The position numbers and the translations under genes are program-made. The notes beneath the pieces were generated by a model. That model made no database searches. It saw only the letters and a list, made by a program, of their open reading frames with translations, and was not told where the DNA came from. A DNA stretch of 33,430 bases from Eremomyces bilateralis CBS 781.70 (taxonomy: Eukaryota), in the NCBI GenBank assembly GCA_010015585.1, contig ML975152.1. One strand, given 5' to 3'. This document shows positions 1-13,291 of the stretch, piece by piece; position 1 is the first letter of the stretch, and each line of letters begins with the position of its first letter.

Positions 1-385
1 TATATGGGGGATATGTTGGGCGCGTGGCGTGACTACCCAGGATTACGTAAGGTACAGAAAAAGGAAAGAAATCTTGTATAATGACTAAGTGATAACCTCT
101 GATCTTTGATAAAAAGCAAGCCTTTTATGATGCTTCTGTGAATATGATTCACGCACTCTTTTTAGGGAGATTTGAAGACAGCGAACTCTAGCTTCGTTCC
201 TCCAGGCTCTCTTTCAGCGAAACCCGCTTGCGGGTTCGCATCTCTTGTCTATGGTTAGGTTGATTGCTTTGTCATTGATCATGCACGTGATGATGTGAAT
301 GAAGAAAGGATGTCTCGCGCATGCCTCAGCCTCATGTATCAGGCAATAAGGCTCAATCAGCAGATACACGACAGCACGTGACTCT

Positions 386-436
386 CGGAACTGTATCGTC
401 CGACTGGGAGAATATCGAATCACCCAAGCGTGATTC
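386..436. promoter_or_regulatory. Candidate cyp51 promoter elements: CGG-N11-CCG (386-402) and GAATCAC-N6-GTGATTC inverted repeat (417-436)
   Basis: Both motifs are read directly, about 270-320 bp upstream of the ATG. CGG...CCG is a Zn2Cys6-type site and ATCAC half-sites resemble SREBP/SrbA elements. Function is inferred. Confidence 0.35.
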
Positions 437-704
437 CCCTATACTAACTCTATCTCCGGTACATTCAACGGGAAGTACCTGCAGAGTGTAGTCAAACAGA
501 GAGTCTGAGCCTCAATGGATGCGCAGTCTCCGATCCTTTCCTTTAGCCTATCACCGTAATCCCAACGGAAAGCCATCTTCCCGTTCGAAGGGATCAACGG
601 CAGTCTATCATTTTTGAGTTTGTTCCCTCCCCTCCATCCTTCAACTTCTCCTCCTCTCCACGAAACAACCAAACCCCAGTTCTTGTAGTCTTTAACTGTC
701 CAAG

Positions 705-2480
<1,776 letters not shown>

Positions 2481-3064
2481 GATTGAGCAAGGCGCGGATA
2501 AGGGTAATATAGAATTGGTGTTTGCTAGCATCGGAATATGTACTAGCAGATTAATGCCGCATAATACTGTGATTGAGCGCGCTGACGATCGTAACGCGAG
2601 ATGATCGTTAGCATAAGTAGGTTGTGTAGCTTACTACCAATATTAATTTATCCTTTCCATAGGTCCTATTGTACTACTAGTGACATTTGATATTATCAGA
2701 AAGGGTGAATAGAGAGACTATTAAGGTTGCCTGCAATATGCGGACAATGGTGCGCCGTCCACAGTGGAGTCTCACGGAACCGAGATGCGAAGCCTTATGG
2801 AAAAGTCACCTGAGATGCATATGCTGGTTGCAGAGAGGTGAGCGGCGAAGCGGAAATTTTCTTATTACAAGGGTCAAACAATAGGTTGTGCCAGAATCGC
2901 AAGTATGGACTTGCATGGACAAGGTGACGAAGACGAGATGAGATTTATAACAAGGCGATATATGCCTTCCCAAATTCATTCCGTCCCTCAGACCAATCGC
3001 GAGGATTTTCATGACGATCAGCACTCGGTAAGGAGAAGCACACTCTTCCCGAGCCCGCTTCCGC

Positions 3065-4718
3065 TCACATCTTGATCTCCCATCTCTTTCGGATTGTTTC
3101 CCCATATCGGAAGAAGAGTACAGGAACTGGCATTAACGCCAGACCGATAAATGCCAACACCGAATTTCCCCATCCCAGCCCTAAACGCTGATACAACGAA
3201 GGTCCGGCGAGTGGAAGAAAGGCTCCAAACACACACCGAACGACAATCGAAGCTGCTAAACTGGAAGCGGCATATGGGCCAAATGCGTCGATTAGATACA
3301 ATTGAGCGGGCATCTGGTCAGTTGTTAGCGACTGTCGTTGGATGGTTGCGAAAGACGTCTCACAAAAATGGCAAGTGATCCTATCCCAATGACACTTGTC
3401 CCGATAATAGGGACGATCCAATGCACCTGGGCGTGAGCACTCCAACCGTACCAAAAAAACCCAATAGGCATCGCTGGAGACAAATATACCATCAGAGGTA
3501 ATCGGTACTCTGGCTTCAGCTCTCCTCCCTTCGCTAACCTTTTGAGTAACCTGTCCGATGTTGAACTAAACAGAAACAGACCGAATCCCAAGCCGAGGCC
3601 GAGCCCGAGATATGAAAGTCCAGATACTCCCGTCGAAAAGTGGTATGCCTCCCCAAAGACAGCTGGGAACGTTGTGAATAACAAAAACATGAGACCGAAC
3701 GCAAAAGACATATATAAACTTATCAGAGATACAATGGGGGACAGGAACAGCATACGCAAGGGACGGATAATACTACGCTTGAAGGTTCCCGACACAGAAA
3801 GACCGCTGTCGAATTTGGACCGTAGCTTTTCGTTGCCTGTTTCTTTCCTCAACTGGGCTGCTTTCCGGGCGAGCAAGACATGCCCGAATGTCTCTCGCAT
3901 GATGATTACCATCGGAATGGCGACCAATCCCATGCTGATGGTGAGCAACCAAAAGACCCATCTCCATCCAATGTTTTGGGATACGAAACCCCCTATGATT
4001 GGCCCAATCACCGGGCCGAGGAGTGGACCTATGGCGAACATTGACATCGCCTGTCCTCTTTTCTCCTGTGGCATAACATCGGCGATGGTGCCTCCTCCGA
4101 TAGTTAAAGCGGACGAACCAGCACATCCGGAGATGAAGCGGAAGACCAGAAACATTCCCGTGTTTCTAGACAACGCGCAGCCAAGGGTGAAGGCGATATA
4201 TCCGAGGGTGGAACCATAGTATATTGGCAGTCGGCCGTACAGTTCAGACAATGGCGCAAGGAATAGAGGTCCAAAAGCAAAGCCTAGAAGGTAAATCGTC
4301 ACGGTGAGGGATCCAACCACGCTGGAGGTGATACCGAATTCGGTCACCAGTAGACTTGATCCAGGTGCAAACATCGTTGCTGAGATATTTCTCGAAAGTC
4401 CGTTAGCTTGCTAGAAATATACAGATGCCGGAGAACTCACGAGATCAGTGTCAGGATGCTGACCAGCACGACATGTCCGATCCGCAATGATCTTGACCAG
4501 TTGAGTGGATTTGCTGGATCGTCAGGGCCGTCCCAATCGACCACATTGGGATCGATATCTTCCGCTACTTTGACCAGCTCTTGCGGTGTAGGATCAGGTA
4601 CCACTCCCATATATTCATCCTCGCTCTTCTCTAGTGCAGCCTTCTCGACGTCGATAGCCACCGCTGTTGACGAATCCGCCGTCTCACTCGATGCTCGATT
4701 TGGCTTTGTTGTCTCCAT
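3065..4718 (-). CDS. MFS multidrug transporter, DHA1 family; exons 4718-4441, 4390-3364, 3313-3065 (~517 aa)
   Basis: N-terminal VDWDGPDDPANPLNW, APLSELYGRLP, GPVIGPIIGGF, WRWVFW, MRETF, PEYRL, YLIDAF..YAAS and GLGWGNS motifs. About 12 hydrophobic segments. Canonical introns. Confidence 0.95.
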
Positions 4719-5025
4719 GTTGCCGTGATGTTAGTGAATTAGATGGTTTCTTCAGGCAGCCCAGGGGATTTATATACAGCCCCTAAAGTGCATTTGAGTC
4801 ACTTCAATTGAGGTGCATCATACAAAGGGGCCTCCTAAAGTCCCGTCACGGACGATACCCGGATCCCCACATGTAGTAGGTCTTACACTGAGCTACACAC
4901 AATTTTGATGCGCATGGGGAGATAGCATCGAGTCTTCCATGTTAGTTTCAACTTTCAAGTTGTGGTGATAGCTTAACCCCGGTGAATGTTACGAAAAAGG
5001 GAATGAGTCGTCGGGAGTGACGGCG

Positions 5026-5060
5026 CGGAGGATCGGAGGGTCGGAGGGTCGGATAGTCGG
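5026..5060. promoter_or_regulatory. Five CGG triplets at exact 8-bp period (consensus TCGGAGGG) in the MFS/TF divergent promoter
   Basis: CGG at 5026, 5034, 5042, 5050 and 5058. CGG triplets are the canonical Zn2Cys6 recognition unit. Confidence 0.55.
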
Positions 5061-5278
5061 GCCGTGTTTTCATTGGTAGGATGCTATGCCGGAACTTTAC
5101 TCACGTAGCATCAATCAGAACTCTGTAGGAGTCGCCAGAGAAACGCAACCTCTTCGCTTACAAACTGGGGACGAACACGGACGTACGTTCGGGCTTAGGA
5201 GATACAGTTGTTGCATGTCTTGATCTAACCGGAACGTTAATACGAAGTCCTCTCATTCGAAAGCACCGACGTACATGC

Positions 5279-7881
5279 ATGGCGACAACGTCAGCGCGGG
5301 CAACCCCCCCGAAATTGGTCCCCCCAAATAGACGAAGGGATAAACCCCAACTATCATGCAATCTTTGCAGAAGGAGAAAGTATATAGCCATGACCTAATG
5401 CCATTGCCTCAGTAGCTTACTCGTCTTCAGGTTGAGATGTGACCGAAGCGATCCATGCTGCAACTGCACGAAGCGTGGCTTGACGTGTACCTATGCTTGT
5501 TTGCCTAACCGGTCATCGAACTCCAAACAAGAAGAGAACCCCGACCGTGGGCTATTTGACAGGATCAGTCAACTTGAAGTTCTCGTAAATAAGCTCCAGC
5601 GCAAGCTTGATGCCTCTCAGGGTGCCGAAGCGGTCAAATCACCACGAAGTCCTAGGGGTCGTGCCTCTAATGGTATCCATGATGGCACAACTCTGGGCCC
5701 AGAATTGGCTGATGAACAACTTACCGATACATTTGGAAGGATGTGTCTCCGAGAAAAGACATCGAAGTATGTCAGCGAGTCTCATTGGGGATCGATGCTT
5801 GACGATGTAAGGTTTCCTGCGTTTGATGCTCGTCACCTCGCTGCTGATATCCACCTAGCTGGGTGAGTTGGAGGATTTAGAATCGAACAAGGGCGACGTC
5901 GAAATGAAAAATGAAGAAGGACCGGAGCTTTTGTACGGCAACAACCGGGCCAGCCGACAACAGATTCTATCCTCTCTCCCGCAAAGAGCAATCTGTGATT
6001 CAATGATCGACACATTTTTCATGAAACTCGGATTGGCATCAGGTCAGTACACGTCCCGAATGATACAGCCTCCAGCTCATGATATCAGGTGTCCTACACC
6101 AACCGACATTCGCAAAAGAGGTAAGATCTATGACAATGCTGAAGGACCAATATTTACAGTTGATAGTACGCAGCTTTCTGGGACAACCCAGCCGATACAC
6201 CTATAATGTGGATCGGTATATTGTACAGTGTGTTGTGCGTGGTAAAGATGTTCGAGGCGTTTATGGGTGGCGTAACCCCCGTGGGGATTGTGGAGCCAGC
6301 CCGTACATACGCCCTTGTCGCCATCGGACGAAACGGGAAAGATACGCAATGTTACCGCCAGCGGGCAGCGCAGTGTCTTGTGATGGGGAAATACCTGAAG
6401 GGGGATCCGTATACTGTAGAAGGGCTGCTTTTATACAGTTTGATTGAGTATCTCCTGTCTCCGGACTCGCCCGTTGGGGCCCATGTTCTATTCTCGATTC
6501 TAGCACGTGTTGCAATCAGAATGGGATACCATCGGGATCCGTCCCATTTTCCTAAGATATCAGCATTGCAGGGTGAAATCCGACGAAGGGTGTGGGCATT
6601 TGTTTGTGAAGGGGATCTTCTGGTGTCATTTGCGGTTGGATTACCAAGAAGCATCAAAGAGTCGATCTCCGATACGGGCCGGCCTTCAAATTTCCTCGAT
6701 GGGGATATCGATGAGTCGATGCATCAGCTCCCAGCCCCGCGACCTCTGACCGAGTATACCCCGGTCCTCTTCAACATTCATCGTCGACAGATTGGGCATC
6801 TGATGGGGGAAATTCTCGATTTGATGAATTCACCGACGCCGAAACCGTACTCGGAGATAATGCGCCTCGACAGTCTGCTCTGCGAGACGGTATCGGACTT
6901 TCCCGAATGCCTGCGATTCAAACCCGGAGATGAAGGCAAGGATTGTGGGTATGTCCACCTGTGTCGCATGTATCTTGATGAGGCTTTCAACAAGGCACGT
7001 TGTATTCTTCACCGGAAGCATCTTGTCGCAGGCCGTACTCTTCCTCAATATGCATTTTCCCGGAGCATGTGTCTGGAAGCTGCGCTGAACATCCTGAAGC
7101 TTCAGATCTCGAGCGCCGATATGACGGTTTCAGGAGTCGCGGTGCTAGGAATTGCACTCGAGCTTAAACGCTGGAAGCTTTACACTATCGTCAATCAGAA
7201 CCATCTGTTAGCAACAACGATTCTGTGTGTGGACTTATACCGAGAGCTCTTACAAGATCCCGATGTCCGCCAGCAGCCGCCAAGTTTAAATAATCCGACC
7301 GTGATAGGTGTATTGAAACACACCTATGGACTTTTGGAGGAGTATGGCCGCATGTACCAGGAACCTCAAAGGGTAATGCAGGCATTGGGCATGGTGTTGG
7401 AGAAGGCCGAGAAGATGAACTCCGATACCTATGGGCATTGTCCGTTATATATCCCCGACAACTTCGATACGGCAACCGCTGCTAGTGCGTCACATTGTAA
7501 GTCATATGTTCTTGTCAAAGAGTAGACCTGCCTGGTCATTAATATTTCTTAGCATCGAGTTCCGCCACGTATGTTCCAACTCCAGCATTGAATAGCGTGG
7601 GGTCAGTCACTTCGGTCCAAAATCCGACACTCGAGTCAATGGCGACGCCAAATATGTTTCCTGATCTCTGGTCTTTCGCAAACTTCCCAGTAGGGGCACC
7701 GTACGCGGTAGCAAACCATCCAGATCCATTACATTGGGTTAGTCACCGTTTCCTTTGAACTTCTGTATTGTGTTCGGATAAGACTGACTTTGGGTAGAGT
7801 GACTGGGGGGCGGCGGAAGACGAGCAACAACTCAATGCTTTATTGGATTTAGATAGCAATGTCTTGGGAAATTTGTGTTAG
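5279..7881 (+). CDS. Zn2Cys6 transcription factor with fungal TF middle-homology domain; exons 5279-5379, 5431-5806, 5859-6042, 6089-6120, 6167-7496, 7553-7737, 7798-7881 (~763 aa)
   Basis: Spliced binuclear cluster SCNLCRRRK|LRCDRSDPCCNCTKRGLTCTY and motif AIRMGYHRDP...GEIRRRVW. Six GT-AG introns keep the frame; the last two exons are less certain. Confidence 0.92.
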
Positions 7882-8810
7882 CGGTTCTTGGGTTTCGAAA
7901 CAGTCATTTGTAACCATCGGTTTCACGGTGTGGTCCGAATAGCACAGGACTCATCTTGATCAACTCCGATGGAACGATTAAAACAAGACAAAAATACTTG
8001 AGAGTAGGGGTAGAAACTGAAAAAGGGTATAGGAGGGATAATAGAGCCTGAGAGGACCTGAACTGTCAAACCGTACCTAGTCTATAAGTCTAGTATGAGT
8101 GCAGCCTGGATATGTGGGTGAGAGCTTATCATCAATGTCGAGACCACTATCTACCTCCGTTGTATCCTAGCAGTTAGCACAATTGAAGCGATGCGTTATA
8201 CATCTTTCCGAATAATAAAGTCATCTATGATTATTCGATGTTGTTGATGTTCAAGTCGAAGTCGAAGTTGGCGTTTCCGTGTGGAATAGGCAGGGATTCC
8301 CCACGGGTGTCACCGCGTTGTCAATGGCGTAAGTAACGTATTACTCCGAATGGGCGGCCAGCATCAGATTCAGCATACCGAACACCACTATTATCGAATC
8401 ATTGAATGACTAGGTACTCCCCCAGCCGTCTAGTCATCGATGCAGCGGTTGGCTTTAGACTCCGATCCTTTAGCACTGCCGTATATCAGTCAGGTTCCTT
8501 ATGATTCCACCTCGAGCTCTGCTGTGAGTCAATCGTCCGGTGTCATAATTACTGGCTGGTAGCCTATGTGGAAGCAACCAATGACTCCGTCAAGGTGAAG
8601 CTTCAGGTTCAACTGAAATACCGGTGCTGCGCCGGATTCACCTGCTCCATCCCGACTCATCCTCTCTTCCTAGAATCATTCCTCTAGTAAATGCATTGAT
8701 GCTACTAAAATCAATGTGCTCTCTCGCATATCGACACCGGGACATTATCTGGCCAGCACGAATACGCATACGAACCCTTCCAATAACTTGAAAAGTCCTG
8801 TCTCGGAAGA

Positions 8811-11042
8811 ATGACACGGAATCAAAGGGCGTCCGTATCGGATCGCCGAAAAGGCGAATCGGTATGTCTCCCAATGTGTGGTTGACACCGCTGCCCCGTC
8901 TTGACTGTGAAGACGAACCAATTCGAGACTTGGAGGCTAATGTCCCCTAGGCTTTGAGCGACTTCGCCGACTACGTCCAACGACAGCAATCCAGGCGCCA
9001 ACCTCAAGGTGCTTCAATACCAGGCACTTCAGCAAGGAATGGAGCGATTGAGGATCACGATGAACTTGCTATACTCGACACCCTGAACCTCTCCGACGAA
9101 TCCAAACGCGTCCGCCTAAAACAGCTCCTCCTCGACAACGATCCTGACACCATGGAACAGTCCATAAGGGACCTGGTGGAGTATGTCAAGGGAAGGATAG
9201 CTGAAGGACATGGCGAAGTGATTTTCGACCTCGGATTGGAGGACAATGGCGACACAATGGGCTTCAATGCGACCGAGTGGAGCTTTGCCCTCGATAGAGT
9301 CAAGGACGCCACTGAAAAGGCTGGCGCCGACATGCGGATAATCATGACTCGCAATATCAGCGACGCTGGCGACAAGAAAGGTGGGGTTGTCGAGGACAAG
9401 TGGGAAGGCGATGAGAAAGTTGAAGTGGGACCGTTCTCCGCCAAGGATACTTCGTGGACCGGAAAAGCGATGATTCGGCGGCGACCCAAAGACATGGACG
9501 ATGTCATAGAGCTTCGGGTCGCCGTGGTAGGGAATGGTAAGCCTCATGGTCACCTTCTGGGTTCGGCAGTAGCTGATTGCAGCCATGATATCCAGTCGAC
9601 GCAGGCAAAAGTACCATGTTGGGTGTGTTGGTGAAGGGTGGACTTGACGATGGCCGTGGAAAAGCACGAGTTAACCTCTTCCGGCACAAACACGAAATCG
9701 AGAGCGGTCGGACCTCTTCCGTCGGTATGGAAATCATGGGCTTCGATACGATGGGGAATGTCATCCAGTCCACTGTTCCAGGCAGGAAACTCTCCTGGGA
9801 AGAGATCGGAAAACGGTCCACGAAGGTGATCTCATTTACTGATCTTGCTGGTCACGAGCGGTACCTTCGAACTACGGTCTTTGGGCTTCTCAGCAGCGAG
9901 CCGAATTACTGCTTGCTGATGGTAGCGGCCAACAATGGTTTGATTGGCATGTCAAAGTACGTATCTGGAATTGGACAATGTTTTCGTGTTGGTTTTACTC
10001 ATCGTTTGTTGTACAGAGAACACCTGGGGATCGCCTTGGCCTTGAATGTCCCAGTCATGGTGGTAATCACCAAAATTGATATTTGCCCTCCACATATCTT
10101 GGAGCAGACCATCGCGCAACTCACGAAGATCCTCAAATCTCCCGGAGCCCGCAAAATCCCGATTTTCATCAAAACACGTGAGGAGTGTATCAACACAGCA
10201 GTAAGTCTAGCCGCTCTGAAAAAACTTGGATTCCACCTTATGTGCGATAGACCCAATTTGTCTCTCATCGGATATGTCCGATTTTCCAGGTCTCAAATGT
10301 CACCGGTGAGAATCTTCCGTTGATACGGCTTTTCTTGTCTCTACTACCGCACCATGGCAACTACAACCCGAACGCGCCACTGGAATATCATATCAACGAT
10401 ACTTTCTCTGTACCGTTCGTTGGCACCGTGGTGTCTGGGGTAGTGAAGTCCGGGGTTATCCATTCGGGCGACACCATCCTGGTCGGTCCGGATTCAACGG
10501 GTGCATTCGCAACCACGAAAGTGCGTTCCATCGAGCGAAAACGGATCCAAGCTGCTGTTTGCAGTGCCGGACAGAGCGCTTCATTGGCGCTTCGTGGGAT
10601 CAGGCGGAAAGATGTGCGTAAAGGCATGGTGGTGCTGCACAAGCCCGATCCGCAATCCACCCTCCCCCCTCCGAAGGTCTACCGCGAGTTCATCGCCGAG
10701 GTGCTCATCCTGAGCCACGCAACAACCATCAAAACCAAGTACCAGGCAATGCTCCACGTCGGTCCCGTGAGTCAGACTTGCGCGATCATCGACATTGACC
10801 GTGCGTATATTCGGACAGGCGATCGAGCCACCGTTGCCTTCCGGTTTGTCCAGCGTCCGGAGTATTTGAATGTGGGTGATCGGATACTGTTCCGTGAGGG
10901 GCGCACGAAAGGGCTGGGCATTGTCAAGGCGCTGGGATATGATCCGGCGAAGCCTTTGAACCCCGACCTGCCAAACGAGAACGCCTCTGCTCCCGCTGCG
11001 TCGGGGTCGGGAGGAACGCAGACTGTGCAGGTCAAGGGGTGA
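8811..11042 (+). CDS. GTPBP1: GTP-binding protein 1 family translational GTPase; exons 8811-8861, 8951-9536, 9596-9956, 10017-10200, 10251-11042 (~657 aa)
   Basis: Spliced P-loop VVGNVDAGKST, RHKHEIESGRTSS, DLAGHERY, TKID and C-terminal EF-Tu-like barrels ending FREGRTKGLG. Confidence 0.93.
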
Positions 11043-11790
11043 CCGGGTAGCCTAGACTTTTGAAAGTTGAATGAATGAAATGCACTAATGTCTCTTGTGT
11101 TATCTCCTTATGAACAAGGTGTATATATGGTGAAGCACTCCCGAATGCCTGCCAGATTATCCCATTCCCAATATATAATATTCGCTGATAGATGATCTGG
11201 GGTGGACAAATTTTGACGCACTTGACACGCCTTCCCGACCCTCAACACCAGTGCCCAAAGGGAGGAAACACGATATCAAACTATGTAAAGTAATATCAGA
11301 TGAATAGAATGCAGTTTCCGAAGCTCTGGGAGTATGCTTCATGGTTTTATGTGCTGCGGTTGTTTATCTCCGCCACGGAATGACGGGATCCAGGGGGTGG
11401 ACGATATTGAGACTTTTGCTACTACCACACCTGACTTCTGTCCATGAAAGTAATACGGTACAGATCAATACTTGTAACGTGCTCATTGGTGTCAAGAATT
11501 TACCAGCCTCCCTTTCAGTTTCTGGTATGTCGAGACATTACCATAAGAACCAAAAGAATAGGAAAAAAGTTTAGACATCACCAAACCACTTCATTAATTG
11601 TGGAATTTTGGTGAGGGTTAAACGTGACTGCTTAATAGTCAGTACAAAGGTGCTGCTCCCTCAGTCCTCACAGAAAATTATTAGCGCCATATCTCAGCCA
11701 AAAATGCCTCTATCACTACCAGACCAAGCTCAAATTGAATATCTTCACGAAACAACTTCGAAAATAATTTAAAGAAAAGGCAAAAAAGAA

Positions 11791-11904
11791 TGACAACGAT
11801 GGGATTCGAACCCATGCTCGTTTCCGAACCAGGAGACTGAATGCACAGACTTAGTATTAAGGTACACCTTAACCTGGCGCCATAACCAACTCGGCCACGT
11901 TGCC
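11791..11904 (-). tRNA. tRNA-Leu(AAG) with ~31-nt intron
   Basis: Minus strand reads GGCAACG-TGGCCGAGTTGGTTATGGCG-CCAGG-TTAAGG[intron]...CCTGG, a long variable arm, GGTTCGAATCC and CGTTGTCA, followed by an oligo-T terminator. The intron contains CCTTAA, complementary to the anticodon. Confidence 0.92.
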
Positions 11905-12837
11905 GTTATATTTGAAATAAGAATACATAAATAATATATAACCATGAGTACAATTTAGATAAAACTAGCAGGGAGTGTCTGAATCGGTGGAATCACCCAA
12001 TGTAAAAACTGCGAACCACCAGGTCCTTGGCTGGGGTCCCGACAAGCCAACCTGCCCAACGCCCCAACCAGGAGTTAACCCTACAAAACCCACATTTCCA
12101 GCCAAATCATCTCTGTTCTTCATGACGACTGGTTGACTAAATCCTCGTTTGCGATGATGACCCCCGAAATAGTTCAGAAAGTCTCGCATTATTTTCATTA
12201 GTGACTGTCAAACCGTTGCTCAGCGAGTATGCGAAAAATTCTATCCTTTCTCGAATCATTTTTCTTAATTGACTTTAAATCCTTCCAGTAGGCTCAGTGG
12301 GCCATCCGGGGGCGGAAGATTGATGGTTCTTCCACCTTTGGTGTCCTTGCCCCGCCTACTGAAATGATGAGTTGTATCTACCTACATAACCAAAAGATGC
12401 ACAAGATGGTAATTGTATGGCTAGAGAGATATTGTTAGGCGGGAAAACGGGTACTCCATAAAGATTATTTTCGACGACATAGGATATATGTTTCGGGACA
12501 ACAGTGCAACACCTTCGACCCCTAGATGTCGCATCAATTTATGAGGATGTCAAAGCATCCCGGAGCCCTCCAATTATTCTTAGCACAGAAAGTCAATGCA
12601 TCACTGGTCTCTCAAACCTCAATTATTTCCGTAATTGAGGTTTTGGTTGGCTCCCTGGTTTGGTTTAGCGCTGCCCGACTGGGTAGGTCTAATTATCCCC
12701 TTGGTGGCCGTCCCTGCAGACCCCCTCACACTGTCACACACTCTCTTTCTCACTCTCCAAAAGTCCAAATTTAGATTCAGGGTAGGGGCCAGTTGAACAC
12801 CGTTTTGGAAGATACTTCATATTGTTAAATGGCTAAC

Positions 12838-12972
12838 ATGGCGCCAAACCTTGGAACGTCTCAGCATAACCTTATCCGCTATACGCAGTATGGTCATCAG
12901 TAAGTCTCTAAAGACCGCTCAAATGGTTGAAGTGACTGGGTACAGTACTCGCTCTATCAGGTCAATCCGGTT
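12838..12972 (+). mobile_element. Relic N-terminus of a fungal Tc1/mariner (Ant1-like) transposase
   Basis: MAPNLGTSQHNLIR, then after a frameshift MVISKSLKTAQMVEVTGYSTRSIRSIR. This resembles the remembered MAPNL..SQH..IR.MI..KSL...QMA..AGCS.RSI start of these transposases. No DDE domain or TIRs were seen. Confidence 0.6.
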
Positions 12973-13291
12973 TGTAGATCCAAAGCGCCAATGAGTTGCA
13001 TGCTCTCTTGGTAGGGTCTTTGACTACAGCTGGGTGTCTGCCTGCGAGTTTGCCTGATGGGCGAGCAACTACGGCACCGCAAGACGCAAGGCTGGGATGC
13101 GATCGTGTCGATGCTACCTGCAAAGCATTTTTCCAGCCTTTAAATCTCTACAACCTTACCTGCTTCACCTCCTACGACTACGTCTTTAAGCTGGGCGAAG
13201 TGACTTTCTACGAGCATTGCTTTCCAGCTTATGGTTTCCTTTCTGCGCGTTTCGTGCTGGGTCTACCAAAGTTAATTTGAGAAGTTTGAGA

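Noticed and set aside
3542..4219. 225-aa plus-strand ORF, and similar antisense ORFs inside other genes
   Set aside because: Antisense shadows of well-supported coding sequences.
8811..11904. Functional link between GTPBP1 (ribosome rescue family) and the adjacent tRNA-Leu
   Set aside because: tRNA genes are dispersed in fungal genomes, so adjacency alone is no evidence.
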